This document shows, one piece after another, positions 38,075 through 50,132 of a stretch of DNA of 64,000 bases. Location: positions 17,794,001-17,858,000 of the forward strand of contig OX597826.1 in NCBI GenBank assembly GCA_951406725.2, given 5' to 3'. Made by a program: the position numbers and the translations under genes. The first letter of the stretch is position 1; the number at the start of each line of letters is the position of its first letter. The stretch comes from Octopus vulgaris (taxonomy: Eukaryota). The notes below the pieces were generated by a model. It was not told the DNA's origin, searched no databases, and worked only from the letters and a program-made list of their open reading frames with translations.

Positions 38075-40615
38075 CAACCTGCTGAGAGACACTAACCAGA
38101 TCTGTGGATGATGCAAGGAGAGAAAGAGATGTAGGAGAGAAAGATAACATGGTGGTGGAACAATGTTGTTGACAGGGCTATTAGAGAAAAGAAACAGACT
38201 TGGAAGAATAGTGGTAGCAGGGAATTGTGTCAGACTGCCAGAAGGGAAGCTAGGAGACAGGTTTATTTAGCCAGAGGGGAAGCAGATAAGAAAAAATTTG
38301 CCAATGTTCTGCGCTGTGAGGACCAAAGACTTGAGGTATTTCGTGTTGCAAGACAGTGTGTGAGAGAGAATCGTGATGTAGGAGAGAAATGTGTCCACAT
38401 GGATGATGGTTCACTTGTACTAAACAAGGCTGCAAAGAGAGAAGTTTGGAGACGCCACTGTGAAAGGCTGCTCAATAAAGAGAATGAATGGGAGAAAGAG
38501 AGTCTGCCGAATGTCAACCCAACAGAGGGACCAGCTATCCAAATTGACAGTACCTTGGTAGATAAAGCAATTAAGAGTATGAAGACAGGGAAAGCCCATC
38601 AGGAATCACTGCAGAGATGCTCAAAATATCCAGTGGTGTTGGCTATAGCTTTGTCACCTGTATAGTTAACCAAGTGATACATGAAGAAGTCATACCCAAT
38701 GACTGGTGTAGCAGCACCATAGTCAACTGTTACAAAGGTAAAGGTGATGCTTTAGATAAGAATAATTACAGAGGTATCAAATTGTTGGATCAGGTAATGA
38801 AGGTCATAGCCTAACTAATTAGGGATAGAGTCAGTCTAGATGAGATGCAGTTTGGGTTCGTGCAAGGGAAAAGCACCACTGATGCTACATTTCTGGTAAG
38901 ACAGCTGCAGGAGAAATACCTTGCCAAAGATAAACCTCTGTACCTGGCTTTATTTGACATGGAGAAAGCCTTTGACAGAGTCCCCCAATCCCTTATCTGG
39001 TGGTCAATGAGGAAACTAGGGATAGATGAATGGTTCATGAGAGATGTGCAAGCCATGTACAGGGACGCTGTCAGTAAGGTGAGGGTTGGCAATGGGTACA
39101 GTGAAGAATTCCGGGTAGAGGTAGGGGTCCACCAAGGTTCAGTCCTCAGCCCTTCCTATTTATCATAGACCTCCAGGCAATAACAGAGGAATTCAAGGTA
39201 GGATGCCCCTAGGAGCTCCTCTATGCTGATGACCTTGCTCTAATTGCTGAGTCACTCTCAGAGAAGGATTAGAATTGAAGGGCCTTAGAGTCAAACTAGC
39301 TAAAACCAATGTCCTAATAAGTAGGAAGGTAGACAAACCACAAATCCCTTCAGGTAGATGGCCCTGCTTGATCTGTAGAAAAGGCGTAGGTAGAAACTCT
39401 ATAAGATGTACCCAGTGTAAGCTATGGACACATAAGAGGTACAGCAATATCAAAGGAAGGCTAACTGGGAAGATAGTTTTTGTATGTGGCAGATGCTCAG
39501 GAGCAATAAACACTGAAAATGCGTAGAGAACAACTTCCCCCACATTCCAGGGAGAAAAACTAGAAGTAGTTGATAGCTTCCGTTACCTAGATAACTAAGT
39601 GAGTAGCGGGGGTGGGTGCTCTGAAAGTTTAGCTGCTAGAATAAGAATAGCCTGAGCAAAGTTCAGAGAGCTCCTACCTCTGCTGGTGACAAAGGGCCTC
39701 TCACTCAGAGTAAAAGGTAGACTGTATGACAGATGTACGAACAGCCAAGCTACATGGCAGTGAAACCTGGGCTGTGACTGCTGAGGATATGCATAAGCTT
39801 GCAAGGAATGAAGCCAGTATGCTCCAATGGATGGGTAATGTCAGTGTGCATACTTGACAGAGTGTAAGTGCCTTGAGAGAAAAGTTGGACCTAAGAAGCA
39901 TCAGATGTGGTGTGTAAGAGATGACTGCGCTAGCATGGTCATGTGGTGAGAATGGATGAGGTTAGCTGTGTGAAAAAGTGTCCCACACTAGTGGTTGAGG
40001 GAACCTGTGGTAGAGGTAGACAGAAAAACCTGGGATGAGGTGGTGAAGCATGACCTTCAAACATTAGGCCTCACTGAGGCAATGACTAGTGACCGAGACC
40101 TTTGGAAATATGCTGTGCTTAAGAAGACCCAACAAGCCAAGTGAGACTATAACCCATGGTCTATGCCAGTGGGGTAACCAGCCCACTTATGTGCACCTTT
40201 CCTTCATTGGACACTAAATTCTGCTTGCGAAGACCTGTCGAGGCAAGTGAAATCAAAATCAAATTCGATGACAGCACCGCATGACTGGCATCTGTGCCAG
40301 TGTAGCGCTAAGAGCACCATCCAAGCATGATCGTTGCCAGGGTTGCTGACTGGCTCCCATGCCAGTGGCACATAAAAAGCACCATTCAAGCTTGATCGTT
40401 ACCAGTGTCATGTGAAAAACAATATTCGAGCGAGGTTGTTGCCAGTAAAAGCACCCACTACACTCTCAGAGTGGTTGGCGTTAGGAAGGGCATCCAGGTG
40501 TAGAAATTCTGCCATATCAGATTGGAGTCTGGTGCAGCCATCTGGCTCGCCAATCCTCAGTCAGATCGTCCAACCCATGCCAGCATGGAAAGCGGACGTT
40601 AAACAAATGATATGG
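38075..40615 (+). mobile_element. RTE-clade LINE, 5'-truncated, with frameshifts
   Basis: NYRGIKLL, QFGFVQGKSTTDATF, FDMEKAFDRV, GVHQGSVLSP, LYADD, PHD-like Cys/His insert; 3'UTR ending cccatgccagcatggaaagcggacgttaaac. Confidence 0.93.
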
Positions 40616-43363
40616 ATGAGCAAAAACAAGAAAAAATACAAGAGGGACAAGTTTTCACAAATGTGTTATTAATCTCATACTTGAAAAGAAAAAGGAAATG
40701 AGAAAAACAGAAATGGTTAGCATAAAGATGGGATGAAGGCAGAAAGGATGTGTGTGTCTCCTTATCTTGGCATATCATGTGATAGTTGCAAATGAGTGTC
40801 ACCATAAAACAAGCAGATGAAGTATTACTTATGTTTGAAAACAGTTGACTACTGGCAATAGGAAGGGCATCCAATTGTAGAAAGTTTGCCTGTAACAAGT
40901 GTACATTAAAACGATGATGAAGACGACCATGATAGCTATTAAAAGAATGTTCCATATTTTGGGAACCAGTTATATAGCATTGCATGTTAATTTGGTAATA
41001 TGTAGTAATAGTAACGCAGGTGTGTTTACGTTCCCATAACTTAGTGGTTTGGCAAAAGAGACCGATAGAATAAGTACCAGGCTTACAAAGAATAATTCCT
41101 GGAGTCGATTTGCTCGACTAAAGGCGGTGCTCCAGCATGGCGGCAGTAAAATAACTGAAACAAGTAAAAGAGTTAAAGAGAGCAGGTATTGCAAAGCAAT
41201 GGTTGATGATATAAGGGAGGTAATAAATAATTGTTACCCTATTACAAGTTGTACTTATTTTGAATGTATACTCACAATTATACTTGTGCATAGAAGGATC
41301 TTGAAAGTATATATAATGTATGGGGGGGGGGGGGTTAAAGCCATGCATCAAAACATCTGACATTTCATTTATATCACTATTATTAAAGGAGAATTCTTAG
41401 CACATCAGGCAAAATGCTTAGCAGTATTTCGTCCATCTTTATGTTCTGAGTTCAAATTCCACCAAGGTTGACTTTGCCTTTCATCCTTTTGGGGTCAATA
41501 AAATAAGTACCTGTTGAGTACTGAGGTCAATTCAATTGACTTACCCATTCCCCTGAAGTTGCTGGCCTTGTGCCAAAATTTGAACCCATTATTATTATTA
41601 TTATTCATCACGTATAAGTATGTGTTCATTATCTTATTCAATTTTAGAAAAAATTGAAGCAATAGAGGGTGCTTTTATGTGCCACCGGCACAAGAGCCAA
41701 TCAGGCGGTACTGGCAACGACAACGCTCATTATTTTCTTTCTTTCTTCAAGAGTATTTATGAATTTATGATAAAACATTTTCGCTGCTACTATAGTATGA
41801 CATCTATCAACTGTCGGTAGTATGAAATATGTCAAAAATCATAAAACATTTATTCAAAAGGAGCATAATAAACAGTAAAACTTACTAAAAATCATAAACA
41901 CCTGCTATTGATCTTCTCATTTAAATTGGTGGAGTGGAAAAACTGATTTCCTTCCCGAACTGAGCAATATGCATGGCACCATTGTTTCGGACATCTCAAT
42001 ATTGGCTAGATTTCTCCCATTCTATTCCTCTTTCTTTTTTCTTGCATTTATGACAAGGAGGTAAATTTCCTACCTGGTCAATAAGATTGTGCTCTCCCAA
42101 AAGGGACACCGCTTCATCTTCACTTGAGATTATTTTGTAAAAGTCTCTCGCCAGCATGGTGCTAGTGTGAACAACTAACTAAATGGGCTAGAATTAATTG
42201 AAGGCCATAAGTGGGTTGTTTGGTAGAATGCATTGTCATTTACGGTAGGTTGCAAATAGCATGGTCAATATCATACGATAGTAGCACCACATTTTCTAAC
42301 CTTCAGTGTTAGTAAAGCTGAGTTTTTACACACATCCCTGGTAAACATTCAGCGATAAGCATATCTTTGATATATAATAAAATAAAAACAGAAATTAATA
42401 AATGATCACCAAATATAGGAACAAATAAATTTCTTATATTGGTACAAACTTACAATTTTGTAAGGGAAGACTGCAAGCAACATAATTGCATCACATACCC
42501 CACTCCACCAAAAAAAAACAAAAAAAAAACTGTGATTTTAAGCAATGATAGTCATTCTGGATCACATCAGTACTTTGTGATAAACGTCAGCATAGAATAC
42601 TTAAAGTAAATTGATGGGACAAATGAATAATGAGATCCCCCAACCCATCTAGGAAGACAATTACTCCAAACAAGAACTGATGCAAACTATGACAATCTGT
42701 CCAGTCTATGCAAGTATGAAATGGGATATAAAATAATAATGAAATGAAACCTGATGCTGATTGGTAGGTTCAGAAAAAGATTTAGCCAATAACCAGTTTA
42801 AAGGGATGCTGAGAGATTACAGAGAATATGTATTTTATTTCATAACACTAGTTATATTAACATGACAGGTAAAATCTTGTAAACGCGTACAGTAATTCAA
42901 AATGATTTCAACGCACAATTCAGACGAGCATTATTTTACAATTTATTTCATTTATAGACAGACTTGTTTTAGTACATTTGAACATTTTCATTGTTGGAAC
43001 GATAGCTTCTTTTCAGCCTTTGTAAAGGATTCTTCTTTCTGCAATTGACCACTTAACCATAATTGAGTGCACATCTATAACACTATTATAGCTATAGTAA
43101 ACTTTGATCATCAAAGCTAATATTCAATGCAATTCCTTAAGACATTTCAAACCAAAAAGTGACTGATCAGAATTTTGCATCCATTTCAATTATCAAATGT
43201 AGACACATATAACATCAAAGTACACCTAGTATAAAACTAGAATCCACCAAATAAATAATAATTAGTTGCTGGAATAGTAGCTTTGAGGTCACATTGTTAT
43301 ATATTATGTTGTAACCCTAGATAGGGCACAAAGCGTATTTTGACTCATTCAGCTTGGCTGAGG

Positions 43364-43576
43364 ACAAGTACGAAAACATACTTGAATGATTAGTAATAAG
43401 AAAGGACACAACTATCCTTGTCTGGTTATTAAACACCTTTTTCATGTGATGTCCTGCTAAGGAAGAAACGAAGAAATGAAGAATAAGACATCACATGAAA
43501 AAGGAGTTTAATAATCAGACAATAATAGTTGAGTCCTTTCTTATTGCTAATCATTCAAGTATGGTCTTGTACCTGT
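43364..43576. repeat. Inverted repeat, 90-bp arms, 33-bp spacer
   Basis: 43364-43453 is the imperfect reverse complement of 43487-43576. Confidence 0.88.
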
Positions 43577-44255
43577 TTTCAGCCATATATATATATATGT
43601 ATGTATGTAAGAATATGTATATATATATATATACACACATTTGTATGTATAAAACAGGATAAGTGACATGGTAGAGTGATAAGAACATTGAAACACTGCA
43701 TTAGAAAAAAAAAAAAAATTTGAGTTGAGCCTAGAAATGACTGTCTGAAGAGTGTTGTTGGATGAATAAACTCAAACTCAGTGCAGGACAAAGATACACA
43801 AAATGAAGTTCATAGAACATAAACTTTAAATTACTTCATCAATAAGCCATAAAAGAAAATTGTAACATTCAGCTGTAAAAGTATTTGCTTTAATAATATA
43901 CAATTTCATAAAACGTATCTCACCCCTGCTATCTTGAAATAATAGATACAACCCATTAAAAAAAATATGTCTATCAGTACCAATTAGTTGACTTTTTTTA
44001 AGTAATCAGGTCATTTGAAGACCTGATGAAACTCATAAGAATACTGATAACTTGATGCTATAATGGAATAAAATAGAAATAGAGGTAAATTTGTGAAAGA
44101 AAAAAATAAGGAAACCACCTGCAATGTTTCATGTACAATTAATGTTAAACCCAGCTGAGAGAACAGTCAAATGAATGAGGACAAGATGGAAAGGGATTCT
44201 TGTTCCAGACACACCAAGGAATTACTTCTCTTTCATCAGTTAATTAAAAAATGTT

Positions 44256-44684
44256 TTAATAACGGTATTTAGTAGAATAATCCTTTGGTGAGACAACAAG
44301 ACCACGTCCCTTTCTTGCCCCTCGATACACAGTCTCAACAATATCAATGAATTCCTGACAATCTTCTAAGGCCCAGTTTATCTTATTGTTGTTACCAGTC
44401 CCTAAATCAATCATGATATGCTTATTACGATAGAAAAACATGACCGTGCAGGGGTCGTATAACTCATACATCTTGTTGAAGTCAGGAACTTCAGTAATGT
44501 CTACAAGATAGATTACAACAAAGTTTTTGATTTTTTCAGCACATTTATAAAGTACTTCATCCATAACCATGCAGGTGGGATCCCAGTCATGACCAAACCG
44601 GATGACAACAACACGATCTTCCTCTGAGAGAATGGCCTGGTCCACTTGCCAGCCATTGTGGAGATGAGGTAACATATACGACAT
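44256..44684 (-). CDS. TXNL4A: Thioredoxin-like protein 4A (Dim1, U5 snRNP 15 kDa), 142 aa, single coding exon
   Basis: MSYMLPHLHNGWQVDQAILSEEDRVVVIRFGHDWDPTCM...GRGLVVSPKDYSTKYRY; true start is the ATG at 44684; splice acceptor at 44732-44733. Confidence 0.98.
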   Translation of the reverse strand: MSYMLPHLHNGWQVDQAILSEEDRVVVIRFGHDWDPTCMVMDEVLYKCAEKIKNFVVIYLVDITEVPDFNKMYELYDPCTVMFFYRNKHIMIDLGTGNNNKINWALEDCQEFIDIVETVYRGARKGRGLVVSPKDYSTKYRY

Positions 44685-44790
44685 TCTGGCTGGATTATTT
44701 TGTTTTACTTCTTGAAAGTTGACATAGAACACTGCAAAAAAAGAGGAAAAAAAGGTAATAATAATTATAAATACAGAATCAAAGAACTAT

Positions 44791-45024
44791 TTTGAATTTC
44801 TAAATGTCTCAGAGAGACATGAGCGGTGGAGGAGCGATAGAGTGGTTGTATACTGTCAACTTAACATGACAGTCCCATACAGGGAATTACCCCACTGCTA
44901 TTTAGCCCTAGGAAGCACAGGAAATTGTCAAAGCCGACAAGAAGCGTCGATGCTTCCTGAGGCTAAATAGCGGTGGTGTAATTCCCTTTACAGGACTGTC
45001 ACGTTATGTTGACAGTATACAACC
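44791..45024. mobile_element. Short insertion with 74-bp inverted arms and an 11-bp target-site duplication
   Basis: caaagaactat at 44780-44790 and 45024-45034; arms 44844-44917 / 44951-45024. Confidence 0.75.
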
Positions 45025-45431
45025 AAAGAACTATAGTTGTTATTTTAATGTCCATATGCAGCCATGGTTATGAGTTGTTAGGGAAATTGTTGGACCGAAA
45101 TGAATGCTACAGTGCTTGAAGTTCATAAAACCAGGAGATGAGTTTTTTGTATGTTAAAATAGGTTGGATGTGTTCCTCTTTCTTATAAATTACTGGTTTT
45201 AAACACAATCCTATGCCGACAATGCCAGATAACAATAAAACATAACATCAACTTACATTTGCAGGGTTAAAAATAAAAGCAATTCTTTGCGATTGTTACA
45301 GTGGAACAAGATTTTTGTTCTTGGATAGCAACTGTCGTTTCCTATTTGCTTACCTTCAGAAAGTATGAAAAATAGCTAAGATTTTCTTCAAACTTTGCTT
45401 TTGCTACATATTTTGACTATATTTTAACTTC

Positions 45432-45892
45432 ATCTGCCTCGAATTGGCTGACGGAACCGTTAGCTTGACGGACGAAATACTTTGGGGTATTTCATCCGTC
45501 TTTTCGCTGTGACCTACAATTCTGCCTTTTTCTTTTGGGGTTGATAGCATAAGTACCAGACAATCGACTTCCCCTCAAAAAACTACTGACCCCTTGCCAA
45601 AGTAAAGCAAAAAATATCTGAAAGTGGAAGATCATACATTGTTTTTTTTTTCTTCTTCTGCTGGTTGTGAGAAACTGGCAGATAGAACTGAGACTGCATC
45701 AAAGCAGATAATGGTTTCAAATTTTGGCACCGGGTCAGTAGTTTTTTGAGGGGAAGTCGATTGTCTGGTACTTATGCTATCAACCCCAAAAGAAAAAGGC
45801 AGAATTGTAGGTCACAGCGAAAAGACGGATGAAATACCCCAAAGCATTTCGTCCGTCAAGCTAACGGTTCCGTCAGCCAATTCGAGGCAGAT
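45432..45892. repeat. Near-identical inverted pair of a diverged SINE segment (45432-45592 / 45732-45892)
   Basis: 161-bp arms with about one mismatch; both share the same departures from other family-B SINE copies. Confidence 0.9.
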
Positions 45893-47182
45893 AAAGATTT
45901 CTAACTTCAGTATTTATCTTATCATACACTGCACAAAGGATGTTTACCAACACATTTATGGATCCCACCAACAAAGCCAACAGGGGAACTTCTAAAATTT
46001 AGAGTCTAAATCAGGGGTTCTTAACTGGAGTCCAGATAAGATGGGGGGGGGGGGGGGTCAACAGTCATATTTTAGCAGCCTGTGAAAAAATTTTACTTTA
46101 GAGGTATTTATTGCAAGAAACAACTACATTTAGGTTTCTTTCTATAATGCCTTACATACTTCAACATGTTCACTTTGAGGGTGCTACTGCAAATCTACAC
46201 AAGCGAACGTGAGAAAAAACAAAACAGGAATTGAGAAAGAAGTCTATAATTAGCTTTTAAACGTGGAATGGTTATGGGAGTCCACCAGAATAAAATAGTA
46301 ATCATTTTCCCCTTTTCCGACAATTTTTATTCATTTATTTGCGAAATACGTAGAAAAATATGAAGATTACGATTCTGAAAAAATTAAATTTAAATTTGTT
46401 TATTTTTTTCCATATTCTTAATGTCCGTATTTTCCCACGTAGATTGATGAAAAAAATTCGAAAAAAAGTTTTAAAACAACTACAAAAATAAACCCACTTT
46501 AATTTCACATGAATTATTTTGTCATATTACAACGGGAAATTACTCTGAAAGAAATCTTTGCAGAACGGTTAGTAGATTGATTACATTATGTTATCGCAGT
46601 TTTGTGAGATTTGGCTGTTATTTCTAGCATGTGGATAACCTGCTTGAAGGCCTGAGGGTATATATTCTTTTGTTTTTTTTTCTGTTGAAAAATTGAAATT
46701 TTACAAACAAATTTTTTTCAGAATCGTAATCTTCGTATTTTGCAAAAAACCCCAAATAAACAATATATATATCCATTTTACCGGAAGTTATGACGGAAAA
46801 ATCGGATCTTGTGAATTTTCCGAAAGTCCCCTCCCCACCCCCAGGGTCATTAGCGCGCATTTTTTTTCTTGTTCCCGGGTGAAGATCTTTATGGCGAAGT
46901 TTACCGAAACTATGCCGATCTTTATATATTGATCAATATTTATACTTTCACCCCACGATTTTCACTAAGGAAAAAAAAACCCTCGGACTGTTTGCGTGGA
47001 ATCAAGTACCATATCTTCCTATCGCACGGGTGAAAGCATCAAAGTTTACCGGTAAAAGATGGTTGACAACCACAAGTCTAAAGAGCTATCCGGTTTGCTA
47101 GAAACAGCAGTCAAATCTCCCTCAAACCTGAGTCGGATAATCTGCTACGACTAGACGCACTCAAATGATAATAATAATAATA

Positions 47183-47486
47183 AGGTACTACTAGCGAACA
47201 GTAGTCCCGGAGCGCGCACTCGCGCAAGCTAGTCGTAAGTAGTCGATCCTACAACGACTTGCGCGTATGTTTGTATTTCAAGGCTGAATACATATCAAAG
47301 AAAATTAAAGAATATTTTTCGAACAAAGTAAATAAAACGCAAAGTAAATAATTTTTTAAACTAAGTAAATAAATTATTTTTATAAACAAAGGTTAGGGTT
47401 AAAAAGTCGTAGGATCGACTACTTACGACTAGCTAGCGCGGATACGCGAGTGCGCGCACCGGGACCACTGTTCGCTAGTAGTACCT
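47183..47486. mobile_element. CpG-rich MITE with ~75-85-bp TIRs, TA-flanked
   Basis: aggtactactagcgaacagt... / ...actgttcgctagtagtacct; internal ggttagggtt; inserted in a (TAA)n tract. Confidence 0.85.
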
Positions 47487-48160
47487 TATAATAATAATAA
47501 TGAAATTATTGTATACAGTGCTCAGGTGCAGCACAACTTGTCAAAAGTGTGTATAAAGCATATGCAGTAATGTACAAATGTCTGGGAAGTGAACAGTGTA
47601 TGAGTCAGATACCTGCTTGCGTATGTATGGAGGGGAAGAAATCAGGAAGCCTGGAAGTTTGGAAGGATCCTAGGGGCAACAAACAAGTAGATTTTAAGTG
47701 GGGGAAGAGATGAGAAATAGTGACAACCATTCCTTTTTCAAGAGCACTTGTAAGACTAAACAAGACGAAATCAAACTGACAATCAAAATCAGAATCGAGA
47801 GGAAACTGAGCCCCACGTATGACTTCGCTGCCAGAATAGTTTCAACATATACCGTATAGAACCCCTAATACCTTGTATATTATTTTAACTGTTATACTAT
47901 TATTTTGCTTCGAGGCAACCCTGAACCTACAGGGCTCCTAATGAGAAATATACTTCAACCGTGACCATCACGTTTACATTATCCAATGGGTCTTGTTATT
48001 TCTAGCAGGTCCAGCGGTGGCCTTTGGTTTGAAAATTGCCCCAATGGTTATTTAATTATACGTATATATGTTTATGTAAAGAGAAATATTGGTTCAAAAG
48101 GTTTATGGCAATAAAACGTAAACATTATTGAGGAAGCCCAAACAAAGCGAAATTCCTTAC

Positions 48161-48413
48161 CTTTTCAATCAAGAACATGACACTACAACCGGAAGTCGCT
48201 ATAATGGTTACTAATACCGACGCAAATAAATTCACAATGTTAAAAGATTATATTTTATTGCACATATATATGTATTACTTTTCAGTCGACACAATAAAAT
48301 ATATCAAAATCAATTTTAGTGTTTATTTTTTTCTACTTTTAATTTAAATATTTTTCGGTTTCCTTTTAATATATATTTCTTTCCATTTCTGCATTCACTT
48401 CTGACTCGACAAC
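48161..48413. promoter_or_regulatory. Probable bidirectional promoter for TXNL4A and NDUFA9, including the TXNL4A non-coding first exon
   Basis: - strand donor AAG|GTAAGG at 48161/48160; ETS/GABP motif CCGGAAGT at 48189-48196; YY1-like AACATGGC over the NDUFA9 ATG; local CpG enrichment. Confidence 0.65.
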
Positions 48414-48459
48414 ATGGCAGCCATCTCGAGGGCAACTGTTGTCCAGCTCGGACAAATCG
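48414..48459 (+). CDS. NDUFA9: NDUFA9 exon 1 (mitochondrial presequence)
   Basis: MAAISRATVVQLGQI(G); good Kozak context; phase-1 donor gtcagt matches the exon 2 phase. Confidence 0.8.
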
Positions 48460-49958
48460 GTCAGTAATTTTGCTCTATATACATATATATTTATTTTAAT
48501 GTGTTCTGAATGTTTATAGAATATCTACTATTCTCTCTTGCTATATCCCATTCAACTACGATCAATGACGAGGGCAATCTACACCGTCTTCATCGCAGCT
48601 CGTCCTCCAATAACTTTGTTATTACTCTTGTCCTTTTCACTCGCCGATTATCATTCAACTATTTTCGGCAACTTACTTCTTTTATCTTCCAGTTGTAAAC
48701 ACCTCCCTGGCTCTAAAATGAATATGTCTAAATAGAAACCTCATTATTAGCGAATATATTTAATTCTAATTTATTTTTGCTCTATTTCAACCGAGAATCT
48801 TCCCAAATTTGAAGGTCATTCCAGGTGTACAGAGAGCAGGGTTTACACATATTCCATATTTATTCTTTTATATTCCTCAGTCCTCAGCTCATATTTCTTT
48901 TCAGTCCGTATGTCACAAACCTATCTTTTCGTATTGAATTTTTGATCATACTTAACACAATTGACAGCTAATATCTTCTAACTAATCGGTCGAGACAATC
49001 AGTTTTTCCACCACTCTATTTATCTCTGACGTGATTCATTCATTGGACTGCGATTATACTGAAGGGTTTAGTCGACCAAATCAACCCAAGTACTTGCTTT
49101 TAAGCTTGGTCCTCATTCTATTGATCTAGTTACGGGGACGTAGACAAACACCAGTTGTTCGGCGTTGGTGGGTCACAAACACACACAAGTGTGTATATGT
49201 ATGCATGTATGGGCAAGTGTCTTTTACTATAGCCTCGAGCCGACCAAAGCCTCATGAGTGGATTTGGTAGACGGAAACTGAAGGAAGCGTGTCATATATA
49301 TATATATACATACATACATATATGTGTGTGTAGTTGTGTGTCTGCGATGCCAGTACCATCTGACTGGCACCCATGCTGGTGGCACGTAAAAAGCACCATT
49401 TGAGTGTGACTGATGCCAGTGCCCCTTGACTGGCTCCTGTGCCGGTGGCGCATAAAAAGCACCATTCAAGCATGGTTGACGCCAGTGCTGCCTGACTGAC
49501 TCCCATGCCAGCGGCATGTAAAAAGTATCCACTACTCTCTCAGAGTGTTTGACATTAGGAAGGGCATCCAGTGGTAGAAATCTTACTAAATCAGATTGGA
49601 GCCTGGTGCAGCCTTCTGGCTTGCCAGTTCTCAGTCAAACTGTGTCTAACCCATGCCAGCATGGAAAGTGGGCGTTAAACGATGATGATCATGATATATT
49701 ATGACTAGCTTCCATGTTTCTCTCTTCCAAATTGGAACTGAATCTGAAACCAAGTCAATTAAAAAAAAAAATATGTATTATAAATAATAAAAAGCAAAAA
49801 ATAAACATTTATGTTCCAGCTGAAAATATTTCCACACCAATCTACTACACATTATTGGAGAATCAGTTATTGCAAACCAATATCACAATCTATTAAATTG
49901 TCCCAAAATATTTCATTATCAATTTTTAAAATTGTTTTCCTTCTTTTTTCAATTCCAG

Positions 49959-50132
49959 GGCAACACATTCCGCCAGTATTTGGCTGTGTGTATGTTAATA
50001 AGAGAAATGCTGGCAGTGGTACAATGGCTGCAATGAAAAGAGGGCGTGGTGGACGTTCCTCATTTAGTGGAATTGTCGCAACAGTGTTTGGAGCGACTGG
50101 CTCTTTAGGGACACATGTTGTGAATAAACTTG
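49959..50132 (+). CDS. NDUFA9: NDUFA9 exon 2
   Basis: [33 protein letters not shown] (Rossmann-fold NADPH motif). Confidence 0.95.

Noticed and set aside
44005-44035. CTGATGA motif with a small hairpin
   Set aside because: No stem II, GAAA or stem III arrangement; other isolated CTGATGA hits (near 33774 and 54994) also lack it.
44685-44732. 16-aa N-terminal extension of TXNL4A in the ORF track
   Set aside because: Starts at a non-ATG codon spanning the splice acceptor; the conserved protein begins at MSYML.
49325-49530. Spaced repeats (gccggtggcacgtaaaaagcacc) that superficially resemble a CRISPR array
   Set aside because: Degenerate tandem units of the RTE 3'UTR, also near 40300 and 59150; eukaryotic context and no cas genes.
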